Source: Lingula anatina (taxonomy: Eukaryota > Animalia > Brachiopoda). Taken from it: DNA of 64,000 bases. The stretch's first letter is position 1. Every line of letters begins with the position of its first letter. The position numbers and the translations under genes are program-made. Shown piece after piece: positions 25,651-39,662 of this stretch. The stretch is from the NCBI GenBank assembly GCA_051362555.1, contig CM120648.1:16488587-16552586 (forward strand), written 5' to 3'. The notes under the pieces are model-generated. The model did not search any database, was not told where the DNA came from, and was given only the letters and a program-made list of their open reading frames with translations.

Positions 25651-28150
25651 TACTGCATCTGCTAGTTTAAATGCTCTCAGTAAAGAAAGTCAAGAGGGTT
25701 TAGTGTTCTATCCAGAAACGGTCAGGGTCCCCAATTAATTACAGAAACAAGCGACGCTGTTTTGCTGTTAACACAGTGGCTTCCTCAGAGTTAGTGTGGT
25801 ATTCTAACCTGTGTTGGCAATTTGCACCCCATTCTGAACAGACTGGGTGGCTTTTGTTTAGTTGTAGCAGCATATCCGAAAGGACAGCGAGTCCTTTACA
25901 CTGGTGGTAAGATTTCGATACATTGAGCGTGGCCTCTGTGTAGGTACATCAGTCTGATCATAACTCTATAAAACTGTGTGGACCGTTCCGTTTGGCAATG
26001 TCTGTCTATTTCGCACCACTCTGGCACAGATTATCAATTTTATAAAAAAAAAAAAAAAAACGTTTAATACATTTTGCACACTGCAAAACTGGCCGCTTGC
26101 ATGTAAAATTTCAAATTCTTCTATGCAGTAGTTGACGACATATGGATATTATCTATGAGATCTGAGGTTTATGAAAAAAGTGTGCATTTTTACCTAGGCA
26201 TACCTTTGAAACTGAAATATTCCATATTAAATATCAAGCCTCACATGTACATGTATAGACAGCCACTGTCTCTATAATTCAATCCCATAATTGGTGTTAA
26301 GGAATTCACGATATTCATCTTGCATCCGTATATTTGAAGAACAAAGTGGAAGGAGAGGTCCTTTCTGCATCGTGTTATGTAAATTGAAACTAAACAAAGG
26401 ACAAAATAAAACCAACATACTCATTCAAAAACCAATACAATGGATCGCCTGCTCAGAATTTATTTAATTTAATGATCAGTCAGCTAGGACTACAGATATT
26501 TCTAAAAATTGAATATGAAGAATCAAAAATGGAACAGAACACTTTAAATACAATACCAATATGTCTACCTACTCTCTTTTTGAATATTGTTCACCACACT
26601 GCAATTATTCCAAAATTTATTTAATATGCCAAAGAAAGAAAACACTAACAAATTTTATTATTCAAAGACTACAACTTCTTCATCGTGATTCAAGATTAGA
26701 TTTCGGGGTAAAAAGAAATAATATTAATAATATTTCAGGAATAGGTCCGTTTTTTGACACAGTTCCGTGGACTAACCAAGACAGGGCACAGGATTATCGC
26801 AAGCGCGCATGGTCTCCTGAATCTGCTCTGCGGTGAGTACCTCACCAAACCACTGCACGCACTTCATGGCTCCCTTGAAGTAGCGGCCGTCCTTAGCAGA
26901 TATGTGACGTGCGCCAATACGTACAGAGCCGCTAGTAGAATGGATGTGTTGGCCGACATTTGACTCCCCCAATTCAACGCCGTTCTTGTATATATGGTAC
27001 AGCCCGGTGGTGTAGTCGTAGGAAACAGCGGCATGAACCCAAGTGGAGCCTGAGAATACCGGACGTGAATAGTAGCCGAGGAATTTATACGGCTGTGCGA
27101 TCATCAAACGGACAAACAGATTATTTGATCCCGTAAACCATACATGAGTGCCGTACTTGCTGAAGACACCATTCTCTTCAATTTGGAAATTAAACAGGGG
27201 CCCATTATACTTCGCATCTTCAGCGAAGATTCTCACAAAGGCGACGTACGTAAACGAGAGAGTCTCCAATGTGGCACCTTCATTCGGAATTGTAAGAAAA
27301 GAAGTAGCCGTTCCCGCAAATTTTGCAGAGCTATATGCGTCATCGTAGCTTTCTAAAAAATGAAATATGTAAAACCTGCTTAGTCAACTATTGTACATAT
27401 GTGTCGGTTAATCAACCAGTCTATTAATATCAACTAAATGTTTATTTCTGTTTCCTGACGTTACAAGAAGTGTAACTAAATCCCGGGTTTCTATGAAGCT
27501 TGTATTTGAAAATTAACTGTAGCAATATTTTGAAACGTATTTAAACTTAAAAGCGAGCTGATTAGATTTCGGGCCACCTTTTAAAATAGGCAGTATTCCA
27601 AATGCATGTAACTGACAACTACAAAGCAATTGCATTTTTGTTTGAAATGGATTTGTTTTTCATTGGAATGTGAGCATCATATACTGCCTTTAAGACACCT
27701 GTACTATGAATAGGTCATGATACATGTAAATTTATTCAAAAGTAAAAAAAAGGTTAAAAAGTATTATGTCCAACGCCATTCTACCTAGTCACCTTGTGCG
27801 TGACTGCATAATAAGTAGGTCTCCACGCCAAAAGTCAACCCAATTAATGAAAATTATTTCGTAACTTTTTCTGGCTCTTACCACGATTAAATGATACACC
27901 TTGGACATCAGCGTTGTTGCCATGACGACTACAATCCCGTCCCTCAGTGTAGATTTGCATCGGCCAGAACCCAAGAGGTTCCGGCACTCTTACTGGAATA
28001 AAGATGCACCGTTTCAATATAAAGGAGTAATTATTTTTATTTAAAAAATCAAAATTCACTCCGTAGGCCCCTTTCAAAGCGCACACCAAGATCGTTGGGG
28101 GAGGAGGGGGGAAGTTACATTATAGAACTATAGAGTTTGGCTAAAGTATA

Positions 28151-28453
28151 CAATTGAGCTCAGAAAGAACGTTCCAGATTGTTATTTGTTTATTACCTCT
28201 TGTTACGAAAACTGTCTATCTTACTATCTAGCTAACAGCGATAATTATGGGGTATTAGAGCTGACACCTCTGAAGTCACAGTCTGCAATGAATCACCAAA
28301 CAATTGTCTGTTGATAACACAGTGAGCAAAAAAGCATTGGGTTCAAGTAGCACAAACCATTCATAAAAGAGGGGCGGTGTTATAAAAATTTACCAGTTAT
28401 TTTGTTAAAAAGTGTCACTTTTGGTAACGTCCCATTCTTTCTGAGCTCAACTA
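28151..28453. mobile_element. Tc1/mariner-type MITE
   Basis: TIR TTGAGCTCAGAAAGAA at both ends with TA flanks. Confidence 0.7.
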
Positions 28454-28554
28454 TATGTATATATGCTGTTTTGTAGTTCTCAGAAAGAGTATGATGTCCA
28501 TGTACGAAATATGGGCACACTGGATACTTGCTTCAATATCAATTTTGGCTAGAT

Positions 28555-28835
28555 TAAAGGTATAACTACTGTTCATTTTGGCCAAAAAAATTAATTTCCC
28601 TGGGGCAAACGACAATTTTCCTTTTTTTTCTAATAATCTCTTAAGGGATTATTACAGCGTATATCTATAGCCATCTATGGAGGTCAAGTGATGTGATGGC
28701 AAGCACAATTTCCAGAATAATTGTGTTAACCGCCGTTTTTGGTGGTAAAATAGAGTTTATTATATTTCCATGAGTTGTTTACAATGTATTTATTGTAAAA
28801 TACGGATATCTCACGAAAGGTTGTTATCCCCTTAA
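28555..28835. mobile_element. TTAA-flanked (Kolobok-like) short element; related copy at ~17700-18062
   Basis: TTAAAGGTATAAC...GTTATCCCCTTAA; internal similarity to 17880-18060. Confidence 0.5.
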
Positions 28836-31800
28836 GATTGAGTTCACACAATCTCAATATGTATGCATATACAGCGTGTCTAAATGTGTCTTTTTCTTAA
28901 TTCTACAAGATAGACTACATTTCATTTGTCACTGGACAAAATATCAACGGAAATGTCTGAAACGAAATAACACTTTTATTGACAGCAATGATGGTGAAAC
29001 TAACTGGCAGAGACAGAACATGTCATATAACTTCTATAAAAAATCATATACAGGTCAGCTTTGAATGCAGGGACATATGCCTTAACTATTTTAGAGTTTT
29101 CGTTTCAGAAGATATAGCTTTGCTCGTTCATTTAAATAATTTTGACTAGGAAAACTAGGAAAATGTACATGGTTGAAAGTACATTAAAAACGGGATTTCA
29201 TGCGTTTTAAAGAATGCTTTTCGGTATTCTGTGGGTACATGTATTTTGAAGTGTGTGTTTGGAGCTATGTTATAACCCACTCTCAATTTAACTTAAAGTC
29301 AAGACATACTTCTCATGTTACACATATCTAACCATGCATGATGTTTGGTTACTTTAACTTGGCTACAATAAAAAAAAACTTAACATTTTTAGAGACCTAA
29401 AAATCGTGATGTCCATATTGATGTGAGAATTTTTAGAGCTTAATTTTAACTCATTTCTTTCAAGCCACCCACCCCTTACATCTACAAACACCCACAAAAA
29501 AAAAGAGTTTTCCCCAGCTTTCGGTTAGTCAAGAATAGCCGCATTTAGGCTTATTAACACTTTGACAAAGTTTTCCACCAAACTTCTTTTCATCAAGACA
29601 AATACAAGGGCACATCCAGAATTATTTAAAGGTGGGTCCGCGGGGCCCCGAGATATTTTGGTATTTTAGAGGGCGAACGGTGCCATTTTATACTGTTTAG
29701 AACTATGATTCAGCTAGTCAAAATTCTAATTTCAAGAGGGGACCATTGGTGTGTTGTTTTTTTTGTTTTTTTTTTAAATCAAATAGGAGGTCAGGACCCC
29801 TTTGAGGGTTTATCCGTCACTGAATCCATAATTTCTACATATTCTGGGAGATATTTATATCATCATGTTTTATATCTGCCATGCAGTGAATTAAGTACAA
29901 ACATCAGTTTAACAAGGCTTTAAAGTCTCGTCTGACTTTTGCTTGTTGTTGAAGTTCAAAAGATTTGTATTATTACAATTGAAACATAAAATGATTGTGG
30001 TGACACAATATATTAAATGTATTAAAACAGCAATATATTTAAATATATATTTAAAACATTCAGTCAGAATAGATACGGGCTGTCACTTTTCCGACAAACA
30101 GTTCTTCCAATACATGTTCTTCTAATGACTATACCCCCAGTTCAAAACCGATTCATGTACTAAGTACTGACTCCCACCTTACTTAACAAATTAACCATGC
30201 TAATTCAAGAGTTTGAAGACAACTTACCACAAGCTTGAGGGTTGCACACCCGCGTGACGATGCTTGAGTCACTACATCTTCTAGTCTGCAGTCCACCACC
30301 ACAAGAAGAGTGCAGGCGCTCCAATCAGATTCACATTGACAGTCACATGACTACAAATGAAAGACACTTGGTTATTCGATGAAAATACGATGTTGATGTA
30401 CTTTCATTTATAAACCATGTAGGTACACAGACATACATGATACATACACATATACAGACAGACATAAACACACACACACACACGTACTGATATATCTATT
30501 TACTGATCTATTCAAATATATATAATCTCACTCTAGTCCGTTATTGCTAAACAGATGCATTTGCCTTTCAAACTGTATTTAAATTATTCACCCATTGCCC
30601 ACCTGATCTCCAGCACAGAAGACAGCCATTGTATGCAGAAAACACCATGACCAATACTTGGTAAACATTGCCCACCTGATCTCCAGTACAGAAGACAGCC
30701 ATTGTAAGCAGAAAACACCATGACCAATATCTGGTAAACATTGCCAGTGTCCTTTGATTGTGAAAAAATAATAAAAAAGACATTATATTAATTAAGCAAA
30801 CTAATGTACGAAAATCTATTATTCAAACTTAAAATACGGACAGTTATCAATGTCAAATCTAACTACCGAAGTCCATAAAATGTGAATTCTTATCCTTACA
30901 TTTGTTAAATTGTAAGTCATTAACTTTTCAAGGCTTAAAAAGGGACAGTTATGAATATTAAACTTCACTTCCAAATTTTATGAAACTTGAAGAACAAAAC
31001 GTAGATTTGAAATACAGGTACATCCCTATAGTGTTTCATTACATTTGTTATTTCCATCTAAAGGTAAATGTCTCTGAATCGTGATAATGTGCATACCTGC
31101 TGAACAACTAAACGAAAACATGAAATAACGACATTAAGGTAAATTTAAAATAATTTCGTCGCGTTTTTGTTTTTCATCCTTTCGACAGTTTGGCCACCTA
31201 CACCTCGCCAGTAAATTCTGCGTGCTGAATTGAAAACAATTAATTGATCGGCAAACGAAAATGTGCAAACGATGAACTCATGAATGGCTTGAAGTAAGTA
31301 CAGATATGCTTTACTCACAGTAAGTGTCTTCTTTTGAACTTCAGCAATATTTCTTTTTGAATTCACTTTGTCAGCCTGCTGTGTTGCCTCTTCCTCCGTC
31401 TGTGCACAGAGCAACGTCTGGGAATGAGTCACGGACTATCTATGTATAAGCTTTTATACATGACGCAATGTAAAATGCCCTTGTTATCCAATGGCATTGG
31501 AAAATGAATCCATAAAACCAGCATCCACACAGTCAGCTGGTCTGACTGCTTAGTAGGTTTTTGTATTTTACAAAATACAACCAATAATGCTAAATGGACA
31601 ATGGAGCATTTAACCAGAACAAATTATTTCCTTGTTCAGTCTTTTGAATTTGACGTGGGAAATTTAATGCACATCTTTCCCCCCGAACTTTTTTAATATC
31701 CATATTATATTCACTCTTTATTATCTGTGTTTATTTTCAATTACATAGTTAACAAGTGAAACAGGTACACTCTGTTATATTGCATCATCCTTTTTTTAAC

Positions 31801-32354
31801 TTCTAAGCTACTGCTTTTATTAGTTCAGTATCTTTGTTACCTTTTTTTCTTTTTGTGGTTTTTTAATTAGGTATAGTACAGTCAGTGGAGTTCATAATTA
31901 GGTTTCCTTTCTATTCGGTTTTTAAAACGTTTCGAATATCTTAATCCCATTTTAGTGAATAAAAAGTGGTGGATATTAATCCCTTTAAATTTTAAACGGA
32001 ATAACACAATAGATTACACGAGTGAACCCTGTGACGCCGGTATCTGCTGTCATTAACAGCAGGATTGCATCAGAAAAGAGGGATTAGAAGATCTTAGCCT
32101 TAGCGGTAAAATACCCGGCAAAAGTGCCCGAGGCAGACAACGAAAATCCTTTCTTGACAATTTTGAATTACCAACAAGACGCCTTTGGTCATGAGCGAGA
32201 AATAGAACCCTTTGGCAAAATATCATCGTTCGTCAAACACTGAATCGGTGATGGCACATGATGAAGAAGTACAGCAGGATACATCAGCCAAAAGGTCACC
32301 ATTGTTTGCTGCGACGACATCATAATAACTAGTTACCAATAGTATAATCCATAA

Positions 32355-34210
32355 AAGGATTTTGATAAAATGTCGTTCATTTTTTAAAGAAATTTCGACT
32401 TGCAACAATACAATTTTGTTGTTGAAGACATATCTTTGTAAAAGTGTGCAACCCAAAGCAACAAATTTTCAAACCCAAAATAATTCTGTAGAAACACCTA
32501 ATGAAATATGAATATAATAAAATCAAATCAAAGCCTATGATCAAAGATTGTCATCTAGATTGATAAATCTATCATTGATATTTCAATCTAAAAGCGTGCA
32601 ACCCAAAGCATTTATATTCTCTAACCCAAAATAATTATGTGGACACATCCACTGAAATTTTAAGGAAATCAGCTTTGACATCAAAATTGGGTCATTTATT
32701 ATTGACATATCAATCTAAAAGTGTGCAACCCAAAGCTTTCAAATTCTGTAGCCTGAAAAAAGTCTGTGGTAGCACTATTTGATTGTATCATTTATTATTA
32801 CCGTTCAGTTAATTAAATTTTGTAATGAAAATCCAAATATAGCAGTTATGTAAAAAGTCTGTGGTAGCACCATCTGATTGTATCATTTATCATTTACGTT
32901 CAGTTAATTAAATCTTGTACTGAAAATACAAGTCTGTGTTAGCACCATCTGATTGTAAAGCATGCCTAGCTACTTATGTTTGCGTGTTCAAATTGCTTTT
33001 TAAAGTTCTGCTTCACTACAACTATTTTCACTATCACTGTTTTCTTTTATAATTTTTTCACTACATAAATTATCTAAGCTATTTAAACACTCCCCTCCAC
33101 ATACACAACTTGGCCCACATGTTCTATTTTTCTTCCTACATCCACAACGGTTGCCACACGTGTTGACTACCTTCCTACAACTACACCTACAACTACACCC
33201 TTCCATTAAGAAATTAAAATCATCCTGTGCTATTTTATCTACCTCATTTGTTGAGAATTTATATTTGAGTTTCCCTTCTTCTAACTGGTACCCCCCATTC
33301 TAACACATCTAAATACTCTATCCTATTTGCCTGCTTGCCCCCACATATGTGCTATATAACAAGTCCTTAACCAATGTAACTCTAAGCTATCTTCTAGTGG
33401 TAGTACTTGCTCCAAGGATTCTACATCTAACAAAGCCGACCTTACATTACCTAACCAAATAGAAATATTTTCTGAATAACTGAGGTCCTTATTATACAAA
33501 CTTCTGAAATAACTAATGGGGCTACTGTCTGGGTTCACTGACAAAAAAGCATTGCAGCATTTCCTAAAATAAAGCTAATAGTTCACTTCTGTAGTTCTCT
33601 GCACCTACTTCATCAAGAGTTCCTATAGCAATTTTTTCCGGATATAAAGTCAGCATACCTATAAAATACACAGTAGATTGTTTTTTTACCAAATCCCCTG
33701 AAAATGAAACATAAGCACACCCAGAACATACAAACAAAACCTGCATAATTTTACCCACCTTTGACCTATCTAACCTACTCAAGTCGGAATCATTAACTAT
33801 GTAACCATGCAACCTATTAACATAAACATAAATTTCCTCATACAATTTACAACTTATTAAGACTTTTTTTACCTAGGTACTCTCTGCTATCATACAAACC
33901 AAGCCCTATTTCTAGTACATCAGTATCTGGTGATACGATTATCATATTATTTTCTGAACTATTCAGACTGTGAAGCCAGACTAAACTGTCCCCTTCTTCA
34001 TGATTTGAACTAAAAGCATCCTTCCTAACAGAACCACTGACAGCTAACTTGCATACATCATTAAAACTACCAGCTACATACAACCTAGTACTCCTATGTA
34101 AGTGTGACTGTTCACAGTGAAGCTGAAATAAGGTATCACCAAGGTAGGTTATTAGTTTATCCTTGTTAGATCTATTGCTTAAAAAAATCATGCCAGAATG
34201 CTGGTACCAA
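32355..34210 (-). mobile_element. AcademX-like DNA transposon remnant (XPG/PIN-like nuclease plus Cys-rich tail), frameshifted
   Basis: NKDKLITYL, SNHEEGDSLVWLH, IIVSPDTDVL, SGC.YVSF, LELHWLRTCY, CSCRK..CGNRCGCRKKNRTCGPSCVC, spread over broken frames. Confidence 0.7.
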
Positions 34211-34429
34211 TATTTACAAAGAAAATTATCCGACTTTTAGCACATTGTTTAGGCTGTGAGGACAAGATCCCTTTGAACGTGTCAGATCTGCAGTCTCTTA
34301 CGTTAACTGTACTTAAAAACGAGAGACAAAACAAACAGCCCTGTCATTTCCAGCTAATATAATCTAGATTTGAAATTCAATAAATAACTCGAATTATTAA
34401 TCATTAGTTTATTATCCTCTCTCTTAATG

Positions 34430-35390
34430 TGGTACGTGGCCCTTATTGGATATTTCGACTTTTCGAGTTTTCAACTTTTCGAGTGTTTGACTTTTCGAGT
34501 TTTCAACTTTTTGAGTTTTTGACTTTTCAATTTTTTGACTTTTCGACTTTTTTACCAGTCACATGGCAACTGCCTGCACGTAGTCCTGAAGTTTCGGAAC
34601 GGAGCGCGTGCGCTGAGATGATGTCGCAGTCCAAATTTTATAAATTGTGTAACCTTCACGGAAGTTCAAGAATTGCACTTTATGCCCTGCAAAAGTACCT
34701 GGTGAAAATTAAGACATGGTAGCAGAGTTTATTATGTGTATCATCGTGTGTGATTTACCTAGAAGTAAGAAGCAATTATTGAGGTAGATCTCGACGAAGT
34801 CGGCCAACTGGTCACTTTTTGGCGTTCATTTCAAAAATATATTTCCATGTAGGATTTGTGTCTTTATAATAAAGAATAAAACTGTAAGGCACTCTTAGTT
34901 TTGTTGTACCACTCGATCAATGAGAAAATTACAATTAAAAAAATATGAATTAAAAATACAGTATGTGTAAATACACAATTGCAGGCCCGTAGGCAGGGGG
35001 GGGGGTTCGAGGGATTCGAAAGAACCACCCTTTTTGCTGGGAAAAGGTTCACTCTGGGTAAAATTTGAACTATGTACTTGAGGATTTTATGGTAAAAGGT
35101 CCACTTTTTCAGAAAACGACCCCCCCCCCCTGAAATGTTGGCTACGGGCCTGCAATTGTCTGTGATTTTTCATTGAAAAAACCAAGCACCTAGTCCATTT
35201 GATTTTGATATAATGTCGTTCATTTTTTAAAGAAATTTTGACTTTCCCCATTAGGAACAAACAATTTTGTTGTTGAAGACATATCTTTGTAAAAGTGTGC
35301 AACCCAAAGCAACAAATTTTCAAACCCAAAATAATTCTGCAGAAACACCTAATGAAATATGAATATAATAAAATCAAATGATCAAAGATT
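34430..35390 (-). mobile_element. Third partial copy (terminus and subterminal region) of the same element
   Basis: GTGGCCCTTATTGGATATTTCGAC plus TTTTCGA subrepeats, shared with 39760-39991; 34835-35390 matches the reverse complement of 38645-39000. Confidence 0.6.
34982..35152. mobile_element. Small MITE (CAGGCCCGTAG TIR), copy 1
   Basis: CAGGCCCGTAG..CTACGGGCCTG; CAATTG duplicated relative to the empty site near 38853. Confidence 0.8.
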
Positions 35391-35996
35391 ACAGATATAA
35401 TTAAGTTTGATGAGTGAGGATACTAACCTTTTCTGGTACCATATCACATGGAAAGTTACACTCACCTTACATAAGTGCCATGGGCAAGTGACATAGTTTT
35501 AGCAATCTCAGTTGCTGTGTATCCAATTTGGGCTTTGTCGGTGCTGGAGTCTAGGTGTAGCGCTCATTGCAATGCACCCTTGTCCAAAAATGGCAAAATT
35601 AAGTGCTAATTATCTACCATACCAAAGGAATTATGGGAAAACGCGGAAGTCATATGTGGAGATTTCAAATATGCCCTTGGATTTGACCTTTGACCTTTAT
35701 TTCAAGGTCAAACGGGCCAAAATGAAAAAAAAACGAAATTTTTTACAAAAAAAATTATTTGTGCTGATATTCAGAAACTACACAGACTTATCCTATAATA
35801 TTATTGGCAGGTGCTACCCTTCAGGTGGTCTTAAAGCTCCGTGAGTTTGGGGTCAATCAGTGCATTTTCACGGGAATAGCGGCCATGAGATACCGAAACT
35901 GAAAACTGTCTCTAATTCGGGAACCGTTAATGCTAGAGACCTATTATTTTTTTCATTTTGTAGAGCATGTCAAGCACAATACTGATAGTGGTCTCT

Positions 35997-36043
<47 letters not shown>

Positions 36044-36344
36044 ATTACAATACGGTTTACGAGTTATTCTGTATCAAAAAGTACATTGTGGTGGTGAAAG
36101 CAAAATGTGCAATACGGTAATGTGTAATAAATTGTGAACCCCTGGAAAATAAAACATAAGGCTTGGAGAGGCAGACAACTTCAGGTCAAAAATGCCATTA
36201 TTTTATTAAATTTGAACATCTGGTTTTTCTGAGCACCTCCCATTTCAAGAATTTCAACCAAAATGACCTCTTCTTTATTTCAATTAATTTTTTTTTTGTA
36301 CCAAATTTATGGCACATTATTGTAACTCCAAAATTGTAACATTT

Positions 36345-36790
36345 AGTCCCTTATATCTCCAAAACTGGCAGAGATAGGTCCATAGTTACTATTGAAGTTG
36401 AATAGAAAGTCATATACTGGCAATCTAACTGTGACCTTAAAATTGACCTTTGACCTACTTTTCACCATGAACTGAGCTTTGCAACTTTTCTATCCCTTGT
36501 ATCTTCAAAACTGGCAGAGATACACCCATAGTTACTATTAAACTTGTTTAGGAAGTCATATACTGGCAATCTAGGTGTGACCTTTAAATAGACCTTTGAC
36601 CTACTTTTTATGATGATTTCTGGCCTTCAAATCTCCAAAATTGGAAAAGGAATGCCCATGGTTAATATTAAACTTGAACAGGAAGTCATATACTGTGACA
36701 TTGAAATTGACCTTTGACCTACTTTTTCACCATGAACTGAGCTTTGCATATTTTCTTGTCCCTCATATCTTCAAAACTAGCAGAGATATG
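36345..36790. repeat. Tandem ~150-bp repeats with TGACCTTTGACC motif
   Basis: About three units (AAAACTGGCAGAGAT...AAGTCATATACTG...GACCTTTGACCTACTTTT); related pieces at ~24680-24790, ~35680 and 39010-39165. Confidence 0.75.
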
Positions 36791-37130
36791 CCTAGTGTTG
36801 CCCCTAGGTTTTTTCTTTTGTCAGCATATATGCAATACTGACAACACATTTCAAGGAAAACCAACAGGTCTATTGTCTACAGATTCACAGGAGTGATCAA
36901 TGTTAGGAAAATACAGGTCAATTCAAAAGTCTGCTTGATTGTACCATTTTTAGTTATATTTTTTTGCATTTTTGGAGAACTTTTGTTGATTGCATTTTAT
37001 AGATCTTGTCAAGCACAAGACTGGTGGTGGTGTCCCTTTTTTTTGGTGGGGGGGAGGGGTCCATTCGAATGCACTTACTCCAACTGGTGGTACAATATCC
37101 GGAGGCGGTATCGCCTCTCTGATCCTCTAG

Positions 37131-39000
37131 TTTTTAAGGGGATTTGGTAAAAAACAATCTTCTCTGTATTTTACAGGTATGCTGACTTTTTATCTGGAAA
37201 AATTGCTGTAGGAACTCTTGATGAAGTAGGTTCAGGGAACTACTGAAGTGGACTATTAGGTTTTTACTGTCTGTTAGGTTGTCTTTATTTTAGGAAATTC
37301 TGCAATGCTTTTTTGTCAGTGAATCCAGACAGTAGCCGCATTAGTTATTTCAGAAGTTTGTATAATAAGGACCTCAGTTATTCAGAAAATGTTTCTATTT
37401 GGTTAGGTAATATAAGGTCAGCTTTGTTAGATGTAGAGTCATTGGAGCAAGTATTGCCACTAGAAGATAGCTTAGAGTTACACTGGTTAAGGACTTGTTC
37501 TATAGCACAGATGTGGGGGCAAGCAGGCCAGAATAGGATAGAGTATTTAGATGTCTTAGAATGGGGGTACCAATTAGAAGAAGGGAAACTCAAATATAAA
37601 TTCTCAACAAATGAGGTGGATAAATTAGCACAGGATAATTTTAATTTCTTAATGAAAGGGTGTAGTTGTAGGAAGGTTGACCATGTGTGGCAACCGTTGT
37701 GGATGTAGGAAGAAAAATAGAACATGTGGGCCAAGTTGTGTAAATAGTGTTTAAATAGCTTAGATAATTTATGTAGCGAAGAAATTATAAAAAAACAGTG
37801 ATAGTGAAAATAGTTGTAGTGAAGCAGAACTTTAAAAAGCAATTCAAACACGCAAATATAAATAGCTAGGCATGCTTTATTGTCGACAAAAAACTAGATA
37901 TGCCCTTCATTTTTAATTAAGAAATATAGGACCGACTTTTTCCTCTTGAAAATTGAATGATTGTTGTGATTCGTCAAGGGTAGAATTTCCCACTATCTAT
38001 AGAGCCTTCTTGATTCTTGGAGTAAAACTAAACTTTTAGTCATATTTTATTTAATATTAGAATTGGTAACGTGATCTTCATACTGCATGGTAGAAAAGCT
38101 ACAATTATATCAAGCTCATTTTTTTCTTTGTTGCCCATTTTTAGGTTGGCATAGTTTGAGAAATCTGCTGAACAGGCTTTATTTCCAAGAAATCACGAGG
38201 AACAATAATAATGAAACTGTTTACATAACTGCTATATTTGGATTTTCATTACAAAATTTAATTAACTGAACGTTAATAATAAATGATAAAATCAGATGGT
38301 GCTACCACAGACTTTTTACATAACTGCTATATTTGGATTTTCATTTCAAAATTTAATTAACTAAACGGTAATAATAAATGATACAATCAGATGGTGCTAC
38401 CACAGACTTTTTTCAGGCTACAAAATTTGAATGCTTTGGGTTGCACACTTTTAGATCGATATGTCAATAATAAATGACCCAATCTTGATGTCAAAGCTGA
38501 TTTCCTTAAAATTTCAGTGGATGTGTCCACATAATTATTTTGGGTTAGACAATATGAATGCTTTGGGTTGCACACTTTTAGATTGAAATATCAATAATAG
38601 ATGATTCAATCTAGATGACAATCTTTGATCATACAGGTAGGCTTTGATTTGATTTTATTATATTCGTATTTCATTAGGTGTTTCTACAGAATTATTTTGG
38701 GTTTGAAAATTTGTTGCTTTGGGTTGCACACTTTTACAAAGATATGTCTTCAACAACAAAATTGTATGTTCTTAATGGGGCAAGTAGAAATTTCTTTAAA
38801 AAATGAACGACATTTTATAAAAATCAAATGGACTTTTCAATGAAAAATCACAGACAATTGTGAATTTTACACATACTCTATTTTTAATTAATATTTTTTT
38901 AATTGTAATTTTCTCATTGAGTGGTACAGCAAAACTAAGAGTGACTTACAGTTTTATTCTTTATAATAAAGACACAAATCCTACATGAAAATATATTTTT
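37131..39000 (+). mobile_element. Second AcademX-like remnant, inverted relative to 32355-33700
   Basis: The ORF at 37313 is nearly identical to the ORF at 33323-33544; non-coding 38215-39000 is the reverse complement of 32355-32900 and 34835-35390. Confidence 0.75.
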
Positions 39001-39662
39001 GAACTAACTTTGCAAATTTTCTATCCCTTATATCTCGAAAACTGGCAGAGATACGCCCATAGTTACTTTTGAACTTGTATAGGAGGTCATATTCTGGCAA
39101 TCTCACTGAGACCTTGAAGTTGACCTTTGACCTACTTTTCATCATGATCTGAACTTCTCAATTTTTCAACGAATGCTATGATTTGTCAAGGGTAGAGTTA
39201 CACACTATCTATAGAACCTTCTTAATTGTTGGAGTAAAATGAAGATTTTATTATTTCAGGTGTTTAATCGGTTGTATTTTATTTAGATGAGACAGATTAC
39301 TAATGTGCTATTTATATTTTTCAGTAAATGAAAAGAGACAGGAAGTGAGAGGTCTTCAACAACTTTTATAAAACTCTTAATTAAGTCTTAACCATAACAA
39401 CACCTTAACAGCTGACTGCCCACATACCTTGTATAAACTATGGATTCTACTATGGTCTAACAGCCAAGTTATGAAATACAGTAGTACAGAAATTGCATAT
39501 ATATGTAAAGGTGGATGATTAAGAAAGTAATTTTAATGAGGAAAGTTGCTTTGGAATATAAAACCTTTGAAACATTCAAATATGAATTTGTGTGTAATAA
39601 TTTTTAAAATTAGCTTTGTTTCATTTTTTAGATAACAGCATTTCAAGGGCCACATACTTCTT

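Larger units (their letters stand above)
26772..30741 (-). pseudogene. Secreted signal peptide-TSP1-LamG/ConA-like (Laminin_G_3/pentraxin-like) gene, frameshifted as assembled
   Basis: Signal exon MFTRYWSWCFLLTMAVFCTGDQ (tandemly duplicated); TSP1 exon 30350-30228 (WSAC../SSCGGGLQTRRC...CNPQAC, 1-nt deletion); exon 27992-27882 (PEPLGFWPM...DCSRHGNNA); exon 27352-26772 (WVHAAVSYD...IYKNG...VRIGA...YFKGAMKCVQWFGEVLTAEQI). Confidence 0.75.

Noticed and set aside
25740-26035. Possible further exon of the LamG gene
   Set aside because: All three minus-strand frames read from the top of the region hit stops early, and I found no recognisable motif.
33000-33206. Tesmin/LIN54 CXC host gene
   Set aside because: The Cys-rich ORF is the tail of a multi-copy frameshifted XPG-like transposon ORF.
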